From contig OZ241986.1 of NCBI GenBank assembly GCA_965204375.1, positions 5,952,001 to 6,016,000 of the forward strand: 64,000 nucleotides of DNA, written 5' to 3'. Both the position numbers and the translations under genes were made by a program. Shown one piece after another: positions 46,445 to 55,384 of this stretch (position 1 is its first letter; every line of letters starts with the position of its first letter). The notes under the pieces were generated by a model, which saw only the letters and a list, made by a program, of their open reading frames with translations, was not told the origin of the DNA and did no database searches. This DNA is from Candidatus Latescibacterota bacterium (GTDB taxonomy: Bacteria > Latescibacterota > UBA2968).

Positions 46445-47596
46445 TTATGGCTCAATCAGATTGTCGTTAATATAGTCCCAGTTGAAATCAAATCCCAGAC
46501 CTGGTAGCTGGGGTAGGATGACATTGCCGTCATCATCCAGGGGATCTACAATGGAATTCAAATAGGGGGGTGGGGTTTCGTAGTCGAAGTCGGGGCGCAA
46601 GAGGCCGCGTTCGTAGTATTCACAGGTTGCTTCTGTTGTTGCGCCCAGGATTTGGCAGTTTGCCCATCCGCCATAGTGCATTTCGCACTGAATGCCGAAG
46701 GCCTGTGCCACATTCACCATTTTGTAGGATCCCGTGATGCCGCCATAGTTGTGATCGATGCGCAGCATGTCAGATGCGCCCTGGAGTACCCATTCGGCGC
46801 GTGTGAAGACGCCGCCGGGAATGTGTTCTGGCGAGAGAATGGCGATGTCCAGTTCGCGGGTCAATCGTCGGTATGCTTCTGTTCGCGTTTCTACCATGGG
46901 GTGTTCGAGCCAGTAGTAGTTCAGTTTTTCCAGTTGGCGGCCGACCCACAAAGATTGCTCCAGGGTATATACGCCGAAGGGATCAAGCATTAAGACCATG
47001 TCGTCGCCAACCGCTTCGCGCACGGCTTTGCATACTTCTATGTCTTCTTTGGGGAATCCGGGTACCTGTGGGGCAGGTTCCCAGGTGTGTGGGTTCCAGC
47101 AGATGTACGCGTGAACTTTGTAGGCTTTGTATCCCTGTTTTTTGCACTCAAGAGCATGTTCGGCATAATCTTCTGGTTTGCCGATGTTTGGATACGTGCT
47201 GGCATAAGCTTTTACTTTGTCGCGGGCACCGCCGAGGATTTTGTGAACGGGCAGGTCAACCATTCTGCCGAGCAGATCCCAAAGGGCGCAATCGACTGCG
47301 CCCATAACATGTTCGGGCAATGAATGACCGAAGGTGACGAGTTGGTCCATCCAGTTCCAGATGGTTTCACGGGATAGGGGATCTTCGCCGATTAACATGC
47401 GCTTGATCGGGCCTTCGAGGTATCGCCGGTCGCCACCGACCATATATCCTTCGAGGCCTTCATCTGTTACGATTTTGAAGATTGAGCTTGCCGACTCTTT
47501 TTGCTTTTCTCCCCAGACGCCGTAGCCCCACTTACTCGGTCGAGACCTGCCGCCTGGCGTGCGGAATGTAATCACTTCGATGTCTGTAATTTTCAT
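46445..47596 (-). CDS. Mandelate racemase/muconate lactonizing family enzyme
   Basis: VDCALWDL.G, YKVH, LMLDP, WLEHP, YYERG. Confidence 0.88.
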   Translation of the reverse strand: MKITDIEVITFRTPGGRSRPSKWGYGVWGEKQKESASSIFKIVTDEGLEGYMVGGDRRYLEGPIKRMLIGEDPLSRETIWNWMDQLVTFGHSLPEHVMGAVDCALWDLLGRMVDLPVHKILGGARDKVKAYASTYPNIGKPEDYAEHALECKKQGYKAYKVHAYICWNPHTWEPAPQVPGFPKEDIEVCKAVREAVGDDMVLMLDPFGVYTLEQSLWVGRQLEKLNYYWLEHPMVETRTEAYRRLTRELDIAILSPEHIPGGVFTRAEWVLQGASDMLRIDHNYGGITGSYKMVNVAQAFGIQCEMHYGGWANCQILGATTEATCEYYERGLLRPDFDYETPPPYLNSIVDPLDDDGNVILPQLPGLGFDFNWDYINDNLIEP

Positions 47597-47747
47597 GGGG
47601 TCCTCAATTCAAAAGACGGAAAGGAATACAGATTACTCACGATGTTTCAAATTAGCTTCTTATACTGAAAAATCAAGGGTAGATTAACCCGTTTTAGATG
47701 TTGTTACGATTAATTGACACCGTCATAGGTAGCAACCACTTTGAAGC

Positions 47748-47778
47748 TTGACAATGTTTTTTTTTCAAGTCATACTTG
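47748..47778 (+). promoter_or_regulatory. Sigma70-type promoter of the tRNA-side islet with T9 spacer tract
   Basis: TTGACA-N17(ATG-T9-CAAGT)-CATACT; CAAGT-CAT-ACTTG dyad over the -10. Confidence 0.6.
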
Positions 47779-48059
47779 GAATTAAGTTTATGCTTATTAT
47801 GAAGTTATTCAGACACTCAACAACATTCTGATACCCACTGGAAAAAGCGGTGCAGTGCTTATTCAGGCATCAGGTTGTAGAGATCAATGGTAAGAAAACT
47901 ACAGGCAAGCAAGACTTCTTTAGAGTCTTTATGAAAAGAAATGAGCAGTTTCTAAATGATAGAGGTAATAACAGGGGGTCTTGTACCTGCCGCCTTTCAC
48001 GCCAATGAAGGAGCTACAGGTGCGCGGAAAGTTTATCTTGAACAGATGGGCCTTAGACA

Positions 48060-48554
48060 TTGTTATTCATTATCAGAGACCCGTTCAGTGCTCATATTGA
48101 ACTGTATTGGGGAATCATTGGGCTGGTTGCCCAGTACCTTGATAAATCTGTAGAGGCATTGACGGCAGTAGTCCACGCCCACGAACTCGGACATGCGTAT
48201 ACGCATTTGGGTGCAGATATTGATGGACATCGGTGGGCTTCCCTTGATTTCTACAACAGTGATCATCCTCTAAAGGAAGGGCTTTCACAATATTACACGG
48301 ACTTGATTTGTCGCAGCCATAGCGAGAAGGTTCCCCAAGTTTACGAGACGTATGAAGCCCTTCTGGAACGTCAGCCGGAAGCTTATCGGACACACGTTCC
48401 CTGGACTGAGAAGTGTTCTCCTGAGGAAGTTCGATTTGCGCTGATCGAAATTCGGCGACACGGCCCCGGACATCTAAACACATTTGAGGAAGCCCTTGAT
48501 GAAGCCCATCACCGACTTCAGCAACGGACAGGAGTGGGCATTACTGCAAGTTAG
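48060..48554 (+). pseudogene. HExxH zinc metallopeptidase-like gene, 5' part disrupted
   Basis: VHAHELGHAYTH…KEGLSQY; in-frame TAG at 48054, no RBS, broken frames back to ~47790. Confidence 0.6.
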
Positions 48555-48566
48555 GAAATCTGAATT

Positions 48567-50111
48567 ATGGATATATTCTGGAATTCTGGAGAAAGAGAGA
48601 AAGTCCAGGGATTGGACTTCCTGAATGTCCGAAGCATTGACCAGGCGATGGAAAAACAGTGGGTTGCTGGCATCACGACGATTTCACCCCGAACTCGATA
48701 TCTTTCCTTGCTACCCTGGGCGTTATCATTATACTATGAAAGAGAATTAAAAGCCCAAACGAGTGTTCAGTACGACTATCAGCATTTGCGTCATTTTTTG
48801 AGCCGCTTAGAAGTCATCATCCTCGCGGCTTCTTCTCTTACAAAACCTGGTGAAAGTATTCCCAAAACCACGAGTATCTTAGGTCGAGACACACACAAAA
48901 ACTTACTCTTGCAGTTACAAGATTCGGGATATGTAGAATTGGAACCGAATGGCGGTGGGGCGATTGCTCGGACATATGTCAGGCCCTGTCAGGGGTTTGA
49001 TATCTTGGAGAGCGGTGCCCCTATCAAATTGCTTGAGCGAGGACGAAAGCTATATGATGCAAAGCAGCGATTGCTGGTAGGATGTCCTTTTATTGACAAT
49101 CTCTTCACCGGAGGGAAAGTCACAGCCGAAGATATTCTCACTTGGCGAGATCATTTTTCTATCACGGGATTGCTATCGGCTGCTGGGACCGAAGAAAAGA
49201 ATTTGCTCGTATCGTTTTTTTTAACCTCCCAGAATCCACAAAATGAGCCTCATTACCAACGGTTCCGTGGCACATTAAAATGGATCCTGATGCGGGCTAG
49301 AGAGAACCCTTCATCTCCTGGGGATCTGATTGCTGAGGAATATAGTCAGTGTCTTGGAAATGGCTCAAATGCGAATTTAGAAGCAGTTCGGGTTGCTTGG
49401 GTGAATTACGAACTGCGTCGCCGAGGGCATTGGGGGCTTGAATTACTTCTCTCAGCCTTCAGTAACACACTCAAAACGCTTGTCACTGCCAATCTGGATG
49501 AGATTATCAGTGAGTGGATAGATGAAGATGAAATCCCGGAATATCTGCGTAGTGCCATAGCAATCCATAATACACCTTGGGAATTGTCTTGGAAGGAATT
49601 TCTTGCATCAATTCCTGAAAATCTGTTGCTACATAAAACGCCATCAACTGGTGAGTCCAGGAACTCCCGCCCACATATACAAGCCTTTTTAGGATTCTTG
49701 CTGGTTGTGTCTTGCTGGTGCCATTCACAACCTTGGCGTGAGAATAAATTGCTTCGGACTTTCGAGAAAGGACCTCTGGATTTCGCATTTGAAATTCTGG
49801 ATCAGGCTGGGGGGAAGTCTATTGTTGAGGTTCTGTCTCAGCTTGTAGGTGATTGCGCCGTTACACCTCATCTGCAAACGACATGGCGTAAGATGGGCAA
49901 TGGGCAGAAATGCTCACTCAGATTTTTTTGGGACGGAGAAGCCTTCAGATCAACGGGAACCATCACCATGCCTGGATTTAGCGGCGAAAGATTAGGCAAT
50001 GTAATGCGTATGCTGGCAGACTTAGGTCTGCTCACTTCCCCGCAGAAAGGGAAGTATACCACTACAGAAGCAGGCCAAGCTGTGCTTGCTGAATTGGAAA
50101 AGATAGGATGA
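48567..50111 (+). CDS. Hypothetical protein, DUF6361-like N-terminus
   Basis: GLDFLNVR…AGITTISPRTRYLSLLPW resembles the 'D.LG…PG.ST…R.RY' motif; C-terminal winged-helix-like LADLGLL…TEAG; ATGA overlap with next gene. Confidence 0.7.
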   Translation: MDIFWNSGEREKVQGLDFLNVRSIDQAMEKQWVAGITTISPRTRYLSLLPWALSLYYERELKAQTSVQYDYQHLRHFLSRLEVIILAASSLTKPGESIPKTTSILGRDTHKNLLLQLQDSGYVELEPNGGGAIARTYVRPCQGFDILESGAPIKLLERGRKLYDAKQRLLVGCPFIDNLFTGGKVTAEDILTWRDHFSITGLLSAAGTEEKNLLVSFFLTSQNPQNEPHYQRFRGTLKWILMRARENPSSPGDLIAEEYSQCLGNGSNANLEAVRVAWVNYELRRRGHWGLELLLSAFSNTLKTLVTANLDEIISEWIDEDEIPEYLRSAIAIHNTPWELSWKEFLASIPENLLLHKTPSTGESRNSRPHIQAFLGFLLVVSCWCHSQPWRENKLLRTFEKGPLDFAFEILDQAGGKSIVEVLSQLVGDCAVTPHLQTTWRKMGNGQKCSLRFFWDGEAFRSTGTITMPGFSGERLGNVMRMLADLGLLTSPQKGKYTTTEAGQAVLAELEKIG

Positions 50112-52789
50112 GAACGGATTTAATTGGCAAAATGCGACACTTGAAGGATTTGGAGAATGCGATTGTGCTCACTCACAACATCGATTGCGTCTTCCTGGAG
50201 TCTATCCTTCTGCCAACGTTGAGGCGGGCTGGTAACCCCATGCTTACCGTATTTGCTGAGAGCACCTGTGCGATCGATACGTTTCAACGTCAGAGTCTCT
50301 ATCTTTCCGGACTGGGACGCAGGTATCGTATGGTCTCCGTCAACCTTCCCCATCCCTTTCGATTTCATCCCAAAGCTGTGTTACTTGCCGCACGGCAACG
50401 TGCCCACCTGTTTATTGGAAGCGGAAACATAGGTTTTGGGGGATGGCGAGAGAATGGAGAGATTTGGGTAGAATATGTGCTGGATGAAAAAGATCAACAA
50501 GCAGCACCCGCTTTTGCCTTCTTTCGGGATTACTTGAAACAGATATTGAGGATTGTCCCCTTTACAGAGACCATAGAGCATGAAATTGCAGATGCCTTTT
50601 CGCAGGAGCGAAAGCAGTGGGTCTCTTATTTGGCAGAAAGTGGTGGGCTGATTGGTCGAGCAGGAAGTGGCCCGAGCCTGATAGACTGTTTGGACGATGT
50701 AATTTCGAGTGAACCTGTTGATCGACTCTGGATCTGTGCTCCTTATTATGATATTCGGGCAGAAGCCCTGAACGCTTTAAAAGAAAAGTTCGAGGCAAAA
50801 GAGACTCGGGTACTCTTGCAGGAGAAAGAAACCAATTTTACTTCCGAAGCTGCGGAAGCACAGACAAAGGATGTTCGGCTTAAATCCGTGAACTACAATG
50901 GAAATGATGGTAAAACCAGATTCTTGCATGCCAAATTCTATGGTCTTGAAAGAAAAAGGCGAGTTACGGTTCTTCTTGGAAGCGCCAACTGTTCGAATGC
51001 GGCTTGGATGATTCCTGGCAATCGGGGAAACGCGGAACTGGTGGCGATTAAGGAGATGAGCAAGAAAGAGTTCGAGCAACATATTCTGCAGGAACTCCAT
51101 ATAGCAGACGAACCACCAGAGCTTCAATCTCACCAAGAGCGGGATGATGTGTCTGAACCGGAAACGTATGCGTTGCGAGCCTTGGCCGCGAGTTTTGACA
51201 GATTTGAAGGTATCAATGTGCGGTTTCAGAAAGATGTAAATATTGAAATTTCTAGATGTTTGATCGACAACCAACCCGTTGAATTCAAGATCGAGAACGA
51301 AAGTGAACTCACAGCGAATCCTCTTCCTCAGACCATACCTGGTAAGGGCAACCGGGTTTTGCAGTTGGAAGGAGAGGGCTCACTAGGGAAGATCTGCTCG
51401 AATCCCATCTGGATAGATCAGGAATTTGAACTGTGCACGACCTCTAAAGAACGCACACTGGTTGAGACCATACAACAGAATGTAAAGCAGGATACCTGGG
51501 GTCTGCCGGCTTTCAATGAAATCTTAAGATTGCTACAAGATCACCTGGACTATTTAACAACACATAAGACATCGAGGGGTGGACAGAACGGGCGTAGCGG
51601 TTCTGAGAGAGTCATTCGATTCACACGCGAGGATGTATTTGCCGATGGTTTCGGACTCCTCTCGCAAACGTCAACTGTTTCTGATATTGCTATTCAGAAT
51701 CAAGTAGAAGGATTGAAGGACTTGCTACTCAGATATTTTGGTGTCGAATGGATTCAAGAAGAAGATCCATCGGAAGAGGAAACGATGGATCCTCAAGAAG
51801 CGGAAGATGATTCAATCAGTCCAGACGAACTGGAATCACGAAAGCTGGAGCGATCCCTTGCTGGACCATCTCCAAAAGACTCTCATCCTGATAATGACCC
51901 GGTGAAGCAAAAGAAAAACCGTCAAAGAACCCTCCAGTTTTTTGAGTCGATCATCAATACCATTTCTGATGAGAATTATTTGCTGCAAAGATCACCAGAT
52001 CTGATTGCTAAAGATTTAGCGATCATAGCTATACTAATGACTTCTGCAATAAATGAAGAAGCACCGGGTTTGGGAATAAACTGGCTCACTGAAGATGAAT
52101 ACTTCGAATTCACTCGCCGGGTTTGGAATGTATTTTTTTTCAAGATTATACAGTCTGAAACGGATTCTTCAGGACAATACCACGGTTATCTTGACAGACG
52201 TTATCAGGAATCCGAAGATCCACACGCTTTCAGCCGGTCTTTTGCCTCTACCGATTTTGCCGCTGCCATTGCTGTGTGGGTGTTGGCAAATTTGAAAGAC
52301 AAGCCTTCTCCGCGAGAAGCACAATTAGCTCTGATACAAATTTCTGCAGTTGCTCATTTTCCCTGGCTGTGGCGCGCAGATGCTTTTTCTGATCTAGCCC
52401 CTATAATTAAACGTCTTTTAGTCCATACCAAAGTTCTGCCATTAGAAAAACAGGAAGATTTCGGACGCTATCTCACAAAATGGCGTGAATTTATCCAGGT
52501 TGGAAATGCAATCGGTGTCTTTCAGGAAATATTCGAGGATTTTGAACCCGAAAATGTAAAGGACATACTTGAGCGGAGTGAAATACAGAAGGGAGAGCTT
52601 CTTTGGCAGGGAGGATCAGGTCTTTGTGTTGCCCAGAAAGATTGCCTAAGGTTACCTAAAAAAAAGATTGATGTTCTGAGTTTACAGAGTCATGGTAGCA
52701 GTCCGAAGAAGACTTTCTATGCTGACTACCTGATTCCAGTCGGAGCACTTTGGGTCTTTTTAAGTTGCCAACTCTTAATGAGTTTCTGA
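50108..52789 (+). CDS. Phospholipase D-family nuclease-like protein (two HxK motifs) with long C-terminal extension
   Basis: FHPK…IGSGN…N.E and LHAK…GSANCS…N.E; ICAPYY; acidic low-complexity segment; 3' end probably truncated. Confidence 0.78.
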   Translation: MRTDLIGKMRHLKDLENAIVLTHNIDCVFLESILLPTLRRAGNPMLTVFAESTCAIDTFQRQSLYLSGLGRRYRMVSVNLPHPFRFHPKAVLLAARQRAHLFIGSGNIGFGGWRENGEIWVEYVLDEKDQQAAPAFAFFRDYLKQILRIVPFTETIEHEIADAFSQERKQWVSYLAESGGLIGRAGSGPSLIDCLDDVISSEPVDRLWICAPYYDIRAEALNALKEKFEAKETRVLLQEKETNFTSEAAEAQTKDVRLKSVNYNGNDGKTRFLHAKFYGLERKRRVTVLLGSANCSNAAWMIPGNRGNAELVAIKEMSKKEFEQHILQELHIADEPPELQSHQERDDVSEPETYALRALAASFDRFEGINVRFQKDVNIEISRCLIDNQPVEFKIENESELTANPLPQTIPGKGNRVLQLEGEGSLGKICSNPIWIDQEFELCTTSKERTLVETIQQNVKQDTWGLPAFNEILRLLQDHLDYLTTHKTSRGGQNGRSGSERVIRFTREDVFADGFGLLSQTSTVSDIAIQNQVEGLKDLLLRYFGVEWIQEEDPSEEETMDPQEAEDDSISPDELESRKLERSLAGPSPKDSHPDNDPVKQKKNRQRTLQFFESIINTISDENYLLQRSPDLIAKDLAIIAILMTSAINEEAPGLGINWLTEDEYFEFTRRVWNVFFFKIIQSETDSSGQYHGYLDRRYQESEDPHAFSRSFASTDFAAAIAVWVLANLKDKPSPREAQLALIQISAVAHFPWLWRADAFSDLAPIIKRLLVHTKVLPLEKQEDFGRYLTKWREFIQVGNAIGVFQEIFEDFEPENVKDILERSEIQKGELLWQGGSGLCVAQKDCLRLPKKKIDVLSLQSHGSSPKKTFYADYLIPVGALWVFLSCQLLMSF

Positions 52790-52839
52790 AGATATTTCAC
52801 CTTCTCCTCTGGCAATCCTACTACGTTGAGCATTTTCAT
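52726..52839 (-). pseudogene. Truncated small gene (antitoxin-like) overlapping the PLD 3' end
   Basis: GGGAGG RBS, ATG 52839, MKMLNVVGLPEEKVKYLQKLIKSW…; TTGACA-N16-TAAATT promoter at 52949-52922. Confidence 0.45.
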
Positions 52840-52975
52840 ATTGACCTCCCAACTTCCAGTAAATGACCATCTCTGGGTTAGCCATATCTCAAGTGGTATG
52901 GTGGTGTTAGACAACTAACTGAATTTACGGTAATTCAATCCGTTGTCAATTTGTAATATGTTGGAGAGAAGCGAA

Positions 52976-53017
52976 ACAAAAAGGGGCTACGCATCAATTT
53001 ACGTAACCCCTTTTTGT
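52976..53017 (-). terminator. Hairpin terminator downstream of tRNA-Val
   Basis: ACAAAAAGGGGCTACG-N10-CGTAACCCCTTTTTGT. Confidence 0.75.
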
Positions 53018-53023
53018 GTTTGA

Positions 53024-53100
53024 TGGTGGGCGATACTGGATTCGAACCAGTGACCTCCTGCTTGTAAGGCAGGCGCTCTAACCAGCTGAGCTAACCGCCC
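53024..53100 (-). tRNA. tRNA-Val (anticodon TAC)
   Basis: GGGCGGTTAGCTCAGCTGGTTAGAGCGCCTGCCT-TAC-AAGCAGGAGGTCACTGGTTCGAATCCAGTATCGCCCACCA; cloverleaf with encoded CCA. Confidence 0.97.
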
Positions 53101-53114
53101 GGATAATGTTAAAT

Positions 53115-53369
53115 CTATCTCACATCGGTTGATGGCTCATCTTCTTTTTTGTAGCTGAGCAGGGCTATTGGGATCAATACGCAATAACCGAGTACGAGTA
53201 GCAGCGGGGCAAGCGTGAGCGACATAAAGCCATCGACTGGCGGTAGGGAGAGAAAAACATAGCCCAGTGCAATGGCGATAAGCCCAAGCCCAAAAAGCCA
53301 CATATTTCGTTCTGAATAGGGCAACTTTGGCCGGGGTTTGGGACGTTGTCGCGCTCGGCGAGGAGGCAT
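53115..53369 (-). CDS. Small 2-TM membrane protein (DUF3098-like)
   Basis: N..LFGLGL..I.LGY, SLTLAP.LLV.GY; ATG 53369. Confidence 0.7.
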   Translation of the reverse strand: MPPRRARQRPKPRPKLPYSERNMWLFGLGLIAIALGYVFLSLPPVDGFMSLTLAPLLLVLGYCVLIPIALLSYKKEDEPSTDVR

Positions 53370-53379
53370 AATAGAATTC

Positions 53380-53727
53380 CTATCGACGTTCTGTAATGCG
53401 GGCAGCACGACCGCGTAGATCGCGCAGGTAATAAATTTTTGATCGCCGCACTTTACCGCGACGCAGTACTTCAATTTTGGCTATGCGAGGCGTGTGCAGT
53501 GGAAAGATGCGCTCTACCCCAACGCCACCCGTGCTAATTTTGCGAACTGTAAATGTCGCGTGAATACCCGGTCCTCGGCGCTGGATGACCACACCCTCAA
53601 AGAGCTGGATGCGTTCTTTTTCTCCTTCTACCACGCGGACATGCACGCGCACGGTATCGCCAGCTTCAAACTCGGGCACATCATCGCGCAGTTGTGCTTC
53701 AGAAACAGATTTCAAAATGGCATCCAT
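53380..53727 (-). CDS. rplS: 50S ribosomal protein L19
   Basis: [37 protein letters not shown]. Confidence 0.98.
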   Translation of the reverse strand: MDAILKSVSEAQLRDDVPEFEAGDTVRVHVRVVEGEKERIQLFEGVVIQRRGPGIHATFTVRKISTGGVGVERIFPLHTPRIAKIEVLRRGKVRRSKIYYLRDLRGRAARITERR

Positions 53728-53770
53728 GATTTACATACTCCTGAAAAAAATTAAAGTTCAATGCGAATCA

Positions 53771-53880
53771 ACGGAACGGGGTACAACTGGCCGCCTCTCA
53801 GGCCAGTTCATCAACGAATCGAAGCTCGTAGTGATTTTGGGTAGTGAGGCGGGGTTCGTCTATTCGTCTATTCGTCTATT
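53771..53880. repeat. Second copy of hairpin module plus inverted 8-bp tandem
   Basis: ACGGAACGGGGTACAACTGGCC…GGCCAGTTCATCAACG and (TTCGTCTA)x3 overlapping the trmD stop. Confidence 0.75.
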
Positions 53881-54544
53881 CCAACAGGTCGGGGCGTCGC
53901 TCAAGCGTGCGTTGTCGCGCGTTGTCTCGCCGCCATTGGGCGACTTTTTTGTGATCTCCACTGAGCAATGCCTCCGGCACGGTCAAGCCTTCAAATTCTC
54001 GGGGTCGCGTGTACCACGCACAATCCAACAGGCCATTTTGAAACGAATCTTCAAGTGCTGACTCGGCATTGCCAATGGCACCGGGAATCAACCGGATCAA
54101 CGCATCGATCAAAATGAGGGCGGGCAATTCGCCGCCGCTGAGGACATAATCACCAATCGAGATTTCATCATCGACATAGTTTTCGCGGACGCGCTCATCA
54201 ATGCCGCGATAGTGTCCGCACAACAGTACCAGATGATCCGATAAAGACAATTCATTGGCCACAGATTGCGTGAATTGCCTTCCTTGAGGCGTGAGAAAAA
54301 TCACGCGGCCACCTGTGGGGAGTGCTTCTATCGCGCGTGCAATGGGTTCGGGTTTGAAGATCATCCCCGCGCCGCCGCCGTAAGGCGTATCGTCGATTGT
54401 TTTGTGCTTGTCGTCTGCGTGGTCTCGAAGGTCGTGCGCCAAAACGTCGATCAATCCCGCATCAATGGCGCGTCGCGGGATACTGTATTTCAGCGCATCC
54501 CGAATCAAATCGGGAAAAATTGTGATCACGTCTATTCGCATCAC
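53876..54544 (-). CDS. trmD: tRNA (guanine-N1)-methyltransferase
   Basis: DDTPYGGGAGM, LCGHYRGIDER, ISIGDYVLSGGE, YTRP. Confidence 0.97.
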   Translation of the reverse strand: MMRIDVITIFPDLIRDALKYSIPRRAIDAGLIDVLAHDLRDHADDKHKTIDDTPYGGGAGMIFKPEPIARAIEALPTGGRVIFLTPQGRQFTQSVANELSLSDHLVLLCGHYRGIDERVRENYVDDEISIGDYVLSGGELPALILIDALIRLIPGAIGNAESALEDSFQNGLLDCAWYTRPREFEGLTVPEALLSGDHKKVAQWRRDNARQRTLERRPDLLE

Positions 54545-54555
54545 AGATGATCGTC

Positions 54556-55062
54556 CTACAAAAGCCCTTCGATTTCCTGCACGATAATTTTGCCGGCTTT
54601 TTGATCCACGTGGACAATCTCGCGCACGGCCGGGATCAATACGTCTTCGCCGTTGCGATCCACCACATACACGTCGTTGGCCGGATACGACAGGACTTCT
54701 ACGACATGTCCCACCATGGTGCCCGATGCTGTTTCAACTGGCAATCCCTCGAGTTCAAAAACGTAAAACGAATTGTCGGGCAAGGGATGCACGGCATCGC
54801 GAGCCACCAGAATAAAGTGCTCGCGCAATCGCCCCACATGTTCAGGGGTGTCAATGTCTTGAAATTTGATTGCCAGGCGAGAACCATAAGCGCGTACATA
54901 AGCCACGTTTAATGCAGAGTATGTGCCATCGGGTGCTTCAACGCGCACAGAATCCAAATCGTCAAATCGTTGTGGAAAATCGGTCAGCGGTAGCAAAAAA
55001 GCTTCACCCCGAATGCCTCGGGGTTTCATAATTTTGCCAACCGCGACAAAATCCGACTCCAA
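54556..55062 (-). CDS. rimM: 16S rRNA processing protein RimM
   Basis: VGKI.KP.GIRGE, ANDVYVV, LIPAV; position between rpsP and trmD. Confidence 0.95.
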   Translation of the reverse strand: MESDFVAVGKIMKPRGIRGEAFLLPLTDFPQRFDDLDSVRVEAPDGTYSALNVAYVRAYGSRLAIKFQDIDTPEHVGRLREHFILVARDAVHPLPDNSFYVFELEGLPVETASGTMVGHVVEVLSYPANDVYVVDRNGEDVLIPAVREIVHVDQKAGKIIVQEIEGLL

Positions 55063-55065
55063 GAC

Positions 55066-55368
55066 TCATTCCTCAGATGGGGCGTCTGACTCTGCATCCT
55101 CAGGTTGTGCGTCCTGATCCTGAGTCTCTGCGAGCAGACCCTTTTGGCGAAATAAGCTACGCACTGTATCGGAGGGCTGTGCGCCCACGCCCAACCAATA
55201 CCTTATGCGGTCTTCTTTCAATTCGATGATCTGGGGATCTTTTGTCGGATTATAATGCCCCAAGACCTCGATGAACCGACCGTCGCGAGGTGAGGAGGCA
55301 TCGGCTGCTACTACGCGGTAGAACGGCGCTTTTTTGGCGCCCATACGACGTAAGCGAAGTCGAACCAA
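55066..55368 (-). CDS. rpsP: 30S ribosomal protein S16
   Basis: [31 protein letters not shown]. Confidence 0.98.
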   Translation of the reverse strand: MVRLRLRRMGAKKAPFYRVVAADASSPRDGRFIEVLGHYNPTKDPQIIELKEDRIRYWLGVGAQPSDTVRSLFRQKGLLAETQDQDAQPEDAESDAPSEE

Positions 55369-55384
55369 ATCAAACTCCTTTGTG

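Noticed and set aside
47597-47760. attL duplicate of the tRNA-Val 3' end
   Set aside because: No copy of TGGTGGGCGATACTGGATTCGAACC found at the left edge of the islet by eye
53087-53114. dif-like site (TAATGTTAAAT resembles the XerD arm)
   Set aside because: The XerC arm would fall inside the tRNA and does not match
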